In this document: positions 51,701 through 59,064 of the stretch, piece after piece
Position numbering within the stretch: position 1 is the first letter of the stretch
Layout: each line of letters opens with the position of its first letter
Virus record (IMG/VR): IMGVR_UViG_3300035698_006802
Location: 34,703-98,702 of that record
DNA: 64,000 nt
From: a virus
Strand: one strand, 5' to 3'
The notes under the pieces: generated by a model
Seen by the model: the letters and a program-made list of their open reading frames with translations, nothing else
What the model was told of the DNA's origin: nothing
Databases searched by the model: none
Translations under genes and position numbers: made by a program

Positions 51701-52476
51701 CTCTGGCTGCTGCCCTTCAGGGGAACGATCCACCCAAGGTGAAGGGTCAGGAACCCATCAGGGTCTCCGAACGTATGGGTCAACTTGCCCGTGCCATGAA
51801 GGAAGTTGGGAAGGAGGATCAACTCCTAGGTTCGATGTCTGACATTGCATCAGATGATTCCCAGAAGGCTATCAGGGCTGGGCTGGGGACAATGACGGAC
51901 AAGGAATTCGTAAAGTTCATCGGAGGGTCCAAGGGGACCCTCGGAGGTCTTGCTGATGCCTTGGTGGCAAGGAAGCCCAATGGGGATTTCCGTCTTCCGG
52001 AACATGAACGGAAAGCACTCCGGGCAGAACTCGAAGACACTATCATCGAAGACATCGCATACCTCGATCCCCTCATTGGGGATGTCCTCGAAGCCAATGG
52101 GGAGGAAAATACTCCCAAGACCCGGGCAGAGGCTGCAGAGGCTTTGGGCAATACCACACAGGGCACAGGTGGAAGTTCTTTTGTCGATGATGCTGAAGAA
52201 GAGGGAGAGGACGGACAAGCATTCCTAGCTCTCTTGAAGCAGATGCGAGAGAGTGCAAAGGGCCGTGTCACGGGTGCTTGGGACTCTCTCAAAAAGAAGT
52301 ACAAGAAAATGCCCGATGGTCCCAATGCAGCCAAGGCTCAAGCCATCAAGGATGAGGGCGACCCCAGCATCGCCACGCAGAAGGTAATGACTACGCAAGA
52401 GATCGAAGAACGAGAGAAGAAGACCAAAGGTGCATCCCTCGAACGGTACACGTTCGAGCCATGGCCCACACTCTAA
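45703..52476 (+). CDS. 2257-aa polyvalent/polyprotein: PRTase, two topoisomerase IB catalytic domains, Zn fingers and other modules
   Basis: VLVLDDIFTTGTT; ETGIRPG..FLGKKG..DFRK..LSH..RSYINP; ETFERVGN..YTGKSG..KDIR..VGH..SQYL; CPVC..CRC. Confidence 0.85.
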   Translation: MTKKITADDAPETYDFYPSLRDEVGLLVQGLQRVPEDQWRAHVQDWVKTHELLGTLYRHDETLWRKALGEFLVEIKRQINVSGMDSLKVAAEDESELLPIMDPAYNLREICKQLILLEDHLFHPRKRCPDCIRKHLLTSEALAEEAVTLDTEGKHTDSTDGLADDLREVWRAVQEDAPFEEVAQNVRVLRKGLVSECYSVKVAAWIDAGDSDSSPHGGCPHRVADRVAKNFKLDVGMPILYGKYKNKKGLIKGFKTGPKGDPIVIIGQVPNDSGKKQDKEVKLFKVRYDKARADAQKKKASEFPVHSSYPYFSRTLYRGKSASCDNTQDFIQDLKDGKASALRQAALTLAEHPELMGFRGVVTPAPRSNVDRNSLLVFAETLVQAGVGSRAELLVSRQTPVESSRSRRHQGLPGVTVEEHVQSMGVTGEVDPEDDVLVLDDIFTTGTTLDAIATTLRRGGHTGRILGATAGYTVMDSSKIGWCPVHHITLSPGQGMAGDGNVKVGRDSQYQRDVKHGERHLRDAVAEFKRVVRDLKPLADEAKSQFPGTDKQSRQRRARAFTKLVKGHPRMVSYLDEYIGTNNQDPKAYSWRNAVVYAARDYLVGGESLQDVIEGVGRQALKGYQAIAMSEAQAPLRENIPEEIRAFLPKNIVVEADDSGNIRKITDRFENAKLTLDAKIKRMHLLVRAYNKIAKRVKKDLKSSDEMIQLSALITAIIMETGIRPGRFGNHVVRTDDGNSFDVETFGAITLGPKHIRFIKDNFTELEFLGKKGGVNTAHLSDAQVSKILQGYVDKALSQGSSYVFVTADGRRFTYIDLQRYFRANFKGVAPTDFRKLRATQEVLEALREEQEGLYIRIRSFIKQEKADLQQRVVDAIVETLELAIGRAQGALSHDSGATTLRSYINPEIMFRFLSQGRVGDTLDKALLDGGLRLSFDPQKFMDVALAQGKAASDRTGTTLRELMEGLEDDIGSGAVRLASRYTGGVGIDEYKTAASHCPLRNDAFGGMFGGGVILPYTEFAIGASRIVEATHCLLGSLGEAATSLGKRPEWGVDKAIKYEMAHIKEELGIIKKVLGEYSRDIYTNMINSPWEGREQDAADTVKAILKAAPKLEKRALAKAGELKQQKDIPDKIMVAALAAYRVVEELAYALHKAVARYPDRPVTSPYSDPALVRAVTKLEQSVSRLKQADQTAEGRLAAKFQKKKEVPKADGKGTTTVYEYTEGQIQHRNREKAKKIEKLSQGIGKLRSQVKKDLTSKDAQTRLTALAVALMDETFERVGNEASAKDGHYGVTNWEVGHVSVSGGKATVSYTGKSGVDQKKEVTTPAVLKALKAALKGKGKKEQVLCEGDECNILATDVNVYLKPFNITAKDIRGLHANEEMRSRLKAVRSEGGKLPGDKKERDKKLKEEFQSALEDAAAAVGHEAATLKSQYLVPGMEDNYIGDGTVMDKLDKTASQDDGPYGVRCPVCGEPATSSCRCMTGEKSCGNGTWVRCPVHDVVVVLRPGANTHALPHPSCLCGLGDPPSRTANLFRDWFEVSTPEKGKTASSHLPEPSKIVAKADGSLLTMQEFAVLAARRVREALRTATKTHSEKEDEEADKVVKRDPPKLPPRKDLRNRLQSPEDDKDPDSKQDKKDQSQNYKDSSVSLTTYRQMLGQEEVVDEDEPAKKKKGPPPGWDKFLAEVYDKGKKKVPNTNPDTRDKKPEVAMSTLFKSDKSFQSKVYKEYTAWAKDQKDEGTGGGGAAPAEEDEGKKTPGKSDEEQEADLAETAKTEFSSFKGENPDTLLTMDDFKNILMEQTTDPDLAEGADSEGAAEQRQEALKKLDEGKATKGKEKSLQKLVKKTLSHTMKLMKKKTIPKAFRDDLAERVGAMSEGEREEFSQAFEQGIDDVAGTKATGKAAVHQARTALGVDLNRLGSAQEVGRALANALWADQIVFQPPDIPKEATDREVKQAMYETCASMTPDELKRVAGNLAKKWSDLEDKELGERLTTGAYQGMALAAALQGNDPPKVKGQEPIRVSERMGQLARAMKEVGKEDQLLGSMSDIASDDSQKAIRAGLGTMTDKEFVKFIGGSKGTLGGLADALVARKPNGDFRLPEHERKALRAELEDTIIEDIAYLDPLIGDVLEANGEENTPKTRAEAAEALGNTTQGTGGSSFVDDAEEEGEDGQAFLALLKQMRESAKGRVTGAWDSLKKKYKKMPDGPNAAKAQAIKDEGDPSIATQKVMTTQEIEEREKKTKGASLERYTFEPWPTL

Positions 52477-52528
52477 CGGTAGAGTGATCGAGTTTCCTCT
52501 AGGCGGTTCAGAATTCCATGTGGGGGCC

Positions 52529-52543
52529 CGGTAGGTTCCCTAT
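52529..52543 (+). promoter_or_regulatory. Class B motif (cggta-ggttcc-ctat)
   Basis: Intergenic, perfect consensus. Confidence 0.6.
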
Positions 52544-52609
52544 AGCGGGCGCATATAAGCAAGGACCACCTTTCGTCTCATCTATCTATACTTCTCTAGG
52601 AGCACTGGA

Positions 52610-53917
52610 ATGGACAAGTTGCTGACCCGCCAGGGCGCTCGCAATGTCACAAAGCTGATGGACAGGCTCGCAGACCTGATCCAGAATCAATCCAACACCC
52701 TGGGTATCCCAGACAAGGTTGCAGTCGACTATGCAACCCGCACGGATCTGGTTTCCGATGCCATCGAGATCAGGGCAACGGAGAACTTCCCGAAGGATGC
52801 AGCGGAGGTCGATTCTACTCCTGCAGCAGCTGACCCCGACGTTCAAGGTGTCACAGACGAGTCCGGTGGCAAGACTGACGAGGGTCCCAACTCTGGTGAT
52901 CAGAACAAGGCAGAGAGCTACTACGGGAAGAACGCAGACGACGAGCTTCTCCGCCAGATGCTGGCAGAAGAGAAGATGGCGTCCCCGGAATGGTCCGTGG
53001 AGCCCGGCAAGAATGAGACTGGTGAGTCCGTGGAGCCCGGTGGAAGTGCCCCGCCCCATTGGGATGCCAATGCCATCGGTGATGATCGTGGCGGCCCCTT
53101 CCGGGCAGACGGCGACGAGCCCTACATGGGCGGCGAGTTCTCCCAGGTGGAATTCCATCAGCTCCGTGACAAGCAGCAGAGTGGGCAGATCTCCGGGGTC
53201 GACCCGAAGCTGGCAAATGAGTTCATCCGTCTTGCACAGGATCTGGGTCACTTTCGCCAAGCAGACCTGATGTCCGGGTTCAAGGGCACCATCCGAATCC
53301 TTGCTGATCTTCAGACCGAATCCGAGTCGATGGCAAAGAAGCTGGAAGCAGTTGCAGGCGACCTGCTCAAGCGCAAGACGGACGTGGACAAAGAGTACGC
53401 GGACGCAGTGAAGAAGCTTCACGAAGCTGTCCCCAGTGAGTTGGAAGCCCAGGGCCAGATCCTCATGGCACTCAAGAAGCGCCTCATGGAAGCAGATGCG
53501 ATTCTGCAGGTCAAGTCGAACTCCCGTTCGATTAGTTCCATCCAGAAGGAAATGCTCGTGGCAGTCGCAGAAGAGTACGGTGAGGAGATTGGCGAGTTCG
53601 TCAAGACCGCATCCGCAGCCCTCCGTGACCAGCGCAAGAAGCTCATCATCGTCTTTGAGGGCTTCTCCCTTGAGGAGCGCAACAAGTCTGCTTCGGACAA
53701 GGAAGCCGGTTCTCTGGACGCACTGTTCAAGTTCCGCGACTGGCTCTCCAAGAACGTCAACACTCTCGTTCGTTTCTTCAAGACCGCCACCAGTGTCACC
53801 AAGGGTGCCGCCAGTGTCGTGGACAAGCGCCATGACGGTCTGATGAAGGCAATCAAGAGTGCAGACGCCGGCAAGCTGGCTTCTGGTGACTTCTACGGTT
53901 TCAACCTCTTCTCATAG
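52610..53917 (+). CDS. Putative head/core protein
   Basis: AGGAG RBS; KMAS, KLA, KSAS, KEAG and KLAS linkers; in the capsid operon. Confidence 0.65.
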   Translation: MDKLLTRQGARNVTKLMDRLADLIQNQSNTLGIPDKVAVDYATRTDLVSDAIEIRATENFPKDAAEVDSTPAAADPDVQGVTDESGGKTDEGPNSGDQNKAESYYGKNADDELLRQMLAEEKMASPEWSVEPGKNETGESVEPGGSAPPHWDANAIGDDRGGPFRADGDEPYMGGEFSQVEFHQLRDKQQSGQISGVDPKLANEFIRLAQDLGHFRQADLMSGFKGTIRILADLQTESESMAKKLEAVAGDLLKRKTDVDKEYADAVKKLHEAVPSELEAQGQILMALKKRLMEADAILQVKSNSRSISSIQKEMLVAVAEEYGEEIGEFVKTASAALRDQRKKLIIVFEGFSLEERNKSASDKEAGSLDALFKFRDWLSKNVNTLVRFFKTATSVTKGAASVVDKRHDGLMKAIKSADAGKLASGDFYGFNLFS

Positions 53918-53926
53918 GGAGCCCCT

Positions 53927-54478
53927 TTGGCAAAACGGACTGCCGAGAACAATGTCAACTACCAGGAGCGAGCTGCAGAGTTCGTGGTGGGCGACCTTGC
54001 GATCCCATTCGGACACGACGATGCCGTGGCCGGAAGGGTGACGGCAGTCTGGCCCGCCATTGGTATGGTGGATGTGGAATTCGCTTCGGGGAACAAACGG
54101 TACCCCGTAGAGGATGTGGTTCGAGGTAACCCCGAGAACGCACTCACTATCCCCCCCTCCACGTCTTCGGTTCCTGGTGGACAGCCCACGGTCTCCGTCC
54201 CCGGTGGCCCCAAGGCTGCATCTATGGGCAGGGTAGCTCAAGCATTCGTGAAGAAGGCACTCTACTGGTCTGGAAAGGACCGGCAGTACCGAGCCACCTT
54301 GGAAGAGTCCAACAGTGGCCACTATCTCTGCCCTAAGTGCAGAGCACGCGGCATTGACTGCACACTACGCCCTGCCATCTACAAACGCCGTGAGGGTGTA
54401 AGTGAGAGGCTTCTAGGGTGTGGTGAGTGCCTGTTCCTAGTGAAGAAGTCTGATGTTGTGAACGGAGGGGTTGTCTGA
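53927..54478 (+). CDS. SH3-like plus Zn-ribbon head-associated protein
   Basis: TTG start; KAASMGRVAQAF linker; CPKC..CGEC. Confidence 0.65.
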   Translation: MAKRTAENNVNYQERAAEFVVGDLAIPFGHDDAVAGRVTAVWPAIGMVDVEFASGNKRYPVEDVVRGNPENALTIPPSTSSVPGGQPTVSVPGGPKAASMGRVAQAFVKKALYWSGKDRQYRATLEESNSGHYLCPKCRARGIDCTLRPAIYKRREGVSERLLGCGECLFLVKKSDVVNGGVV

Positions 54479-55911
54479 TGGCTTTCCTTCGCTATGCCAA
54501 TGCTCTTGTGGTTCAACCCCAGGTCTCTCAAAAGGGCTGGGGCAAGGTTCGCAAGACTGCTGCATCCCCGAGCCACAACATCATGGCTCAGGCTTCCGAG
54601 ATCCTGGGACACAACTTCGATCCCAATCGGTACCTTCTGACCCACAGCACCATTGTTGCTAGTGTGGACACGGAAGAAGTGCCCAATGTCAGGCTCGGGC
54701 GTGTGAAGGTTGGTTCGAAGGCAATCAACCGGAAGTACAGCGACTACTACATCAAGTCTGCTTGCTCCGGACTCGTGAACAACAACGGTGACTCCTGGCC
54801 CCGTGAGGTTTTGCTTGCCAGCTACCGCACGTTCATTGGTGCCCACAACTTCCTAGAGCATGTTCAGCTTGAGGAGCAGTCCAAGGGCCGTGTCCTCGAT
54901 GCTGTGGCACGTGACATTGGCGACTCCGTCTATGTCGACATCCTGGTTGCCACTGACAAGAACCACACACAGCTCGTCAAGGACATCCAGTCAGGCAAGA
55001 TGGGCACCCTGTCGATGGGTTGCTCGGTAGAAGAAACTACATGTACGAAGTGTGGAAACGTTGCTGTCGATGAGACCGACCTTTGCGATTGCATCCGGTA
55101 CGCCAAGCTCAACAAGTTCTATGACGAGCAAGGGACCCAGAGGATCATTGCAGAGCTGTGCGGCAACACTGCTCTTGACCCCAATGCTGGAGTCAACTTC
55201 ATCGATGCCAGTTGGGTCGGCACCCCCGCTTTCACGGGTGCAGTCATCCGAAACATCCTCGACACCTCCCAGGTGTCGGATGACATGACACGGCGCCTCC
55301 AGGCAGTCCTCAACAGTCCTCCCGAACAATGGGGTGGCAGGGACAACCGACAGGTAATCGCGTCCCTGCTGATCGATTCTCGAAAAGCCTTCGACTTTGG
55401 TGACGAGGGTGGAGACGAGGGTGAGGGTGAGGACGCTCCGGAACCAGAGCCCGAGAAATCTCCCCTGGATGAGTTGTCCGACAAGGTGATGAAATCCGTC
55501 ACAGACACCGTTCAGGACAGGGTGGACAAAGAGCTTCAAAAGAAGAAGCTTGAAGATGCCCCCAACACTGAAGACTCCACAATGGGTCCCAACGACAGCA
55601 TCATCAAAGAGGGCTACACAACTGCTGTGAAGGCCCTTGTGAAGAAGGCTTCGTCCCACGTTGAATTCGTGGACAGCTTCTCCTCTATCAATCGCGTTTT
55701 CGGGGTCAAAATCTCCCGTGATGTATACAGGGCCGTCCTCCAGACAGGCCCCATCACGGCATACCCCACAACTACCACCTTCCTGATTGCGTGCAAGCAT
55801 GCAGTTGGAAGATCGGTCACCCCCGTCGATGTTCGAGCCATGGTTCGCATCGGCAAACTGCTTACGAGAGTGAGCACTTCATCCTCCGCCAATGGCAAGG
55901 AGACACCATGA
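54478..55911 (+). CDS. Prohead (capsid maturation) protease
   Basis: NNNGDSW..L..YRTFIG..FLEH, GRVLDA, LSMGC.V...CTKCG; directly upstream of scaffold and capsid genes. Confidence 0.8.
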   Translation: MAFLRYANALVVQPQVSQKGWGKVRKTAASPSHNIMAQASEILGHNFDPNRYLLTHSTIVASVDTEEVPNVRLGRVKVGSKAINRKYSDYYIKSACSGLVNNNGDSWPREVLLASYRTFIGAHNFLEHVQLEEQSKGRVLDAVARDIGDSVYVDILVATDKNHTQLVKDIQSGKMGTLSMGCSVEETTCTKCGNVAVDETDLCDCIRYAKLNKFYDEQGTQRIIAELCGNTALDPNAGVNFIDASWVGTPAFTGAVIRNILDTSQVSDDMTRRLQAVLNSPPEQWGGRDNRQVIASLLIDSRKAFDFGDEGGDEGEGEDAPEPEPEKSPLDELSDKVMKSVTDTVQDRVDKELQKKKLEDAPNTEDSTMGPNDSIIKEGYTTAVKALVKKASSHVEFVDSFSSINRVFGVKISRDVYRAVLQTGPITAYPTTTTFLIACKHAVGRSVTPVDVRAMVRIGKLLTRVSTSSSANGKETP

Positions 55912-57167
55912 GCCGTAAGCGTCTGAGTTGGAACGACGGGGACACACTTCCCGTAGAACGTGCCCGTGAGGCATCCGCTCACCCCGCGACCCCCGATGAG
56001 GGTGCCGCATCTCCTGCACACACGCAGCCCGATCCGGGCGAGCATGACTATGAGAACGGTGACACGTCCTCTTGGGCAGAAGATCCTCACCCGGGTCCGT
56101 ACCCGAACTCCGCACATCCCGCGACTCCGGACGAGGGCCCCGCGTCCCCGGCATACAAGGCTGCTGCTGCCCGTGAGCTTCGTGCTTCGGTCGAACGCAA
56201 GGCTTCCCTGTGCATCCGCATTGCCGAGTCGATGATGCCTGCTAAGTCGACTGTTGCTTCCATCGAGAACCAAGCTCTCTTGCTGATGGATCTCCCTTCC
56301 GCTTCGATCAACACCATGCTCGGCCGCGTGGCTGGCGATGATGATGACGAAGACGACGAGGGCGATGACGACAGCGAAGAGGTCGATGCAAAGACCGCCG
56401 CACAGGACAATGCTCTTCTCCGTCGTCTCGCAGAGGAAGATGAGGACGAGGACGAGGACGCAGACAAGACCGCTGCCGACAATGCCCTTCTCCGTCGTCT
56501 CCTCGCAGAGGAAGATGGGGACGAAGACGAGGACGAGGACGATGGCAAGGAGGCAAGCTCTAGCAAGACTGCCCTTGACCAGATCCTCGACAAGCTGTCC
56601 GGTATCGAGACTCGCCTGTCCTGCATCGAAGACGGTGGCATGGGCGGTGACGATCTGGTCGATGACGAGGAGACCATGCTTCTCTCCATGATGGAAGACG
56701 AAGAAGAAGTGGTCGATGAGGGCGATGAGGAAGCCATGCTTCTCTCCATGATGGAAGACGAAGATGACATGGGTGACATCGACCCCGTGGGCATGGACGA
56801 CGGCATGGGCGATCCCATGATGGATGACGGCCTGCTGGACGTTGGCATGGGCGATCCCATGATGGGCGATCCCATGATGGATGAAGTTGTCCTCGATGAC
56901 GACGAAGACGCTCTCCTCGCCAATCTCTTTGCTGATCAGCGCCTCGCCGCTGATGACAAGGAAGAGGAAGTCGAGGAAGTCGAAGAAGAGGTCGAGGAGG
57001 ATGCCAAGGAGGCCAAGAAGAAGGCTTCCCGCAAGCCCCGTCCGAAGAAGGCAAGCGCTGGTGCTTCCCGTCTCGGTGGTGTGTCTGCATCCGCCCCGTC
57101 CGAGCTGAAGGAACTGGAAGCCCTCTGGCCGACCGCTCCTGATGTTTCCAAGGTCTTCGGAAGCTAG
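55908..57167 (+). CDS. Capsid scaffolding protein
   Basis: Highly acidic, internal repeats, lies between protease and capsid genes. Confidence 0.7.
   Translation: MSRKRLSWNDGDTLPVERAREASAHPATPDEGAASPAHTQPDPGEHDYENGDTSSWAEDPHPGPYPNSAHPATPDEGPASPAYKAAAARELRASVERKASLCIRIAESMMPAKSTVASIENQALLLMDLPSASINTMLGRVAGDDDDEDDEGDDDSEEVDAKTAAQDNALLRRLAEEDEDEDEDADKTAADNALLRRLLAEEDGDEDEDEDDGKEASSSKTALDQILDKLSGIETRLSCIEDGGMGGDDLVDDEETMLLSMMEDEEEVVDEGDEEAMLLSMMEDEDDMGDIDPVGMDDGMGDPMMDDGLLDVGMGDPMMGDPMMDEVVLDDDEDALLANLFADQRLAADDKEEEVEEVEEEVEEDAKEAKKKASRKPRPKKASAGASRLGGVSASAPSELKELEALWPTAPDVSKVFGS
55975..56880 (+). repeat. Internal repeats in scaffold: SAHPATPDEG x2, KTAA.DNALLRRL x2, MLLSMMEDE x2, MGDPMM x3
   Basis: Visible in both translation and DNA. 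Confidence 0.85.
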
Positions 57168-57176
57168 ACCCGAGTT

Positions 57177-57207
57177 TCTTGTGGGGGACACCAAGTTCCC
57201 CACAAGA
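57177..57207 (+). terminator. Stem-loop after scaffold gene
   Basis: tcttgtgggg / ccccacaaga 10-bp stem; no U tract on the + strand. Confidence 0.5.
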
Positions 57208-57260
57208 GTCCAGGATTCTAGTCAAAGGGTTGGAAACGACCCCAGGGCGAATGGAATCCT

Positions 57261-57275
57261 CGGTAATCTGTAAAT
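57261..57275 (+). promoter_or_regulatory. Class B motif variant (cggta-atctgt-aaat)
   Basis: Upstream of the decoration/capsid genes; two mismatches. Confidence 0.4.
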
Positions 57276-57381
57276 AGAGCTGGACATATAGGTAGACGAC
57301 ACCTGGCTGGTTGGCACTCGCCTCCCAGTCTCCTTTCAACCAACACGCTCTGTAAACAGTGAGCAGGCAGGAGATTCTCAT

Positions 57382-58053
57382 ATGCCTATGCTTGGACAGT
57401 CGAGTGGTGGGTGGACTGAGTCATCGTCAGCTCTTCGAATTCTGTACGTCGGTGTACGGAACTCTGAAGGAATCCTGACGGATGATGCGTTCACCCAGAC
57501 CAACCCGCCAAACGTCACCGTGGCAGCAACCATTAGCACCAATGTCGACACAAGTGTCCTCGGTGTGCTGAGTGGTTCGATTGCCTTCACCCGCCCGGAC
57601 CAGGGTAGCAACTACATCGGTGGCAACGCCGAGACGCTGGCTACCGCCTCGCAAGAGTTCTACGTCCGCCCGGTCGGTCTCTTCATCAACACTGCTGCTG
57701 GCAATGCCTTCGAGAACCAGCCCGGCCCCGCAAGTGGCAAGGGTCCCTATGTCTCGGCACAGGGCACCTACGCTTCGCAGCTGTTCGAGACTCAGGCTCT
57801 CGACGCCACAACCGGTGGTGCAGCTCTGGCACAGGGTGATGCACTCACCTATGTCACTGGTCAGACCCTCATCGCTTCACGCAATGGCTACCTGATGTGC
57901 CTGCGTGATGGCTCTGATGGCATCACGTCCAATGACAATGCAACCAATGCCGCAGAGCGCGAGCATGGGCATGCTGTCTCCACTGTCCTGGGCATCCTGA
58001 AGATGCCGGCGGATTCGGTCCAGACCGAAATCGTCTTCGACCAGAGGGTATAG
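57382..58053 (+). CDS. Head decoration/cement protein
   Basis: Immediately before the major capsid gene; PVGLF..ASGKGPYV..Y..G..L pattern. Confidence 0.65.
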   Translation: MPMLGQSSGGWTESSSALRILYVGVRNSEGILTDDAFTQTNPPNVTVAATISTNVDTSVLGVLSGSIAFTRPDQGSNYIGGNAETLATASQEFYVRPVGLFINTAAGNAFENQPGPASGKGPYVSAQGTYASQLFETQALDATTGGAALAQGDALTYVTGQTLIASRNGYLMCLRDGSDGITSNDNATNAAEREHGHAVSTVLGILKMPADSVQTEIVFDQRV

Positions 58054-58056
58054 ACC

Positions 58057-58929
58057 ATGTCTGCATCCAATACAACCAAGCAGCGTATCATCCAGGACTT
58101 CATCGCATCGCCCCAGGGCCGTGCGAAGCTGGCCGCTTCGATGACTCAGCCGCTTCGTCTCCGTCGTGACTACATGGCCGTGGGTCGTAAGACCTTCCTG
58201 GTCGAGCAGCTTCCCGATGGCGCACTCCCGATCTACGACAAAGACCCCGATGTGACCGCCTACGTGATCGGTGAAGAGGGTGAGAACCTTCTGGCCATTA
58301 CCAAGACCCGTCGTGTGATCTTCCCGCTCTTCGAGATCGCAAGCAACCCCGAGATCCCGCTCACGCAGATCAAGGAACGTCGCTTCGACCTCATCGAGCG
58401 TGCACAGGATCTGGCTCGCGCACAGATTCAGGCCGCAGAAGACGAGCGTGTCTTCTCCGTCCTGGACGCAATCGCGACCAACGGCTTCGACAGCATCGCC
58501 GGTGGTGAGAACCCCGACGTGCCCGTCGTCGCTCCGATCTCTGGCGCAGTTCTGGCAGACGCCTATGCACTCATCGAACGCCACGACCTCCGTGTCGCTC
58601 GCGTCTTCATGAATGCACGGGACTACGCCGACCTTCGCAAGTTCGGTCGTGACATCCTGGACATCGAGTCCCAGCGTGAGCTGCTGAAGACTGGCCTCAT
58701 GGGAACCCTCTGGGGCGCCCAGGTCATCGTCAGCCGTCTCGTCCCTGTCGGCACGGTCTATGTATGCTGCGAGCCCGAAATGTTCGGACGCATCCCCGTC
58801 AGGACAGAGCTCACTGTTCTCTCCGCAGATGACCCCAAGGCACGCACGATTGGGTTCAGTTGCTTCGAGAATTTGGGCATCGGCGCGTACAATCCGAAGG
58901 GTCTCACCCGTCTCACCATCACCCGGTAG
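58057..58929 (+). CDS. Major capsid protein (HK97 fold)
   Basis: LAASMTQPLR..DY..VGRK..LVEQLPDGALP.YDKD, FEIASNP, LWGAQV.VS..VP.GTVY; strong codon bias. Confidence 0.9.
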   Translation: MSASNTTKQRIIQDFIASPQGRAKLAASMTQPLRLRRDYMAVGRKTFLVEQLPDGALPIYDKDPDVTAYVIGEEGENLLAITKTRRVIFPLFEIASNPEIPLTQIKERRFDLIERAQDLARAQIQAAEDERVFSVLDAIATNGFDSIAGGENPDVPVVAPISGAVLADAYALIERHDLRVARVFMNARDYADLRKFGRDILDIESQRELLKTGLMGTLWGAQVIVSRLVPVGTVYVCCEPEMFGRIPVRTELTVLSADDPKARTIGFSCFENLGIGAYNPKGLTRLTITR

Positions 58930-58954
58930 ACTAGGTAGAACCTGAAGGTTCAGC

Positions 58955-58988
58955 AAGCCACTCCCCTTCATTGGGGGGTGGCTTTCTT
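58955..58988 (+). terminator. Rho-independent terminator after major capsid gene
   Basis: aagccactcccc-ttcatt-ggggggtggctt followed by tctt. Confidence 0.75.
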
Positions 58989-59064
58989 GCGTGTGTTGGT
59001 TGTGGAATTTCAACAGTGTCCGGTAGTGGGGGTCTTGGGTTCATATGTGTGGTAGGGTGCTGTT

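Noticed and set aside
55614-57203. Long antisense ORFs (also 5833-6852, 52586-53833, 57877-59013 and others)
   Set aside because: Shadows of high-GC3 or repetitive sense genes; no RBS or motifs
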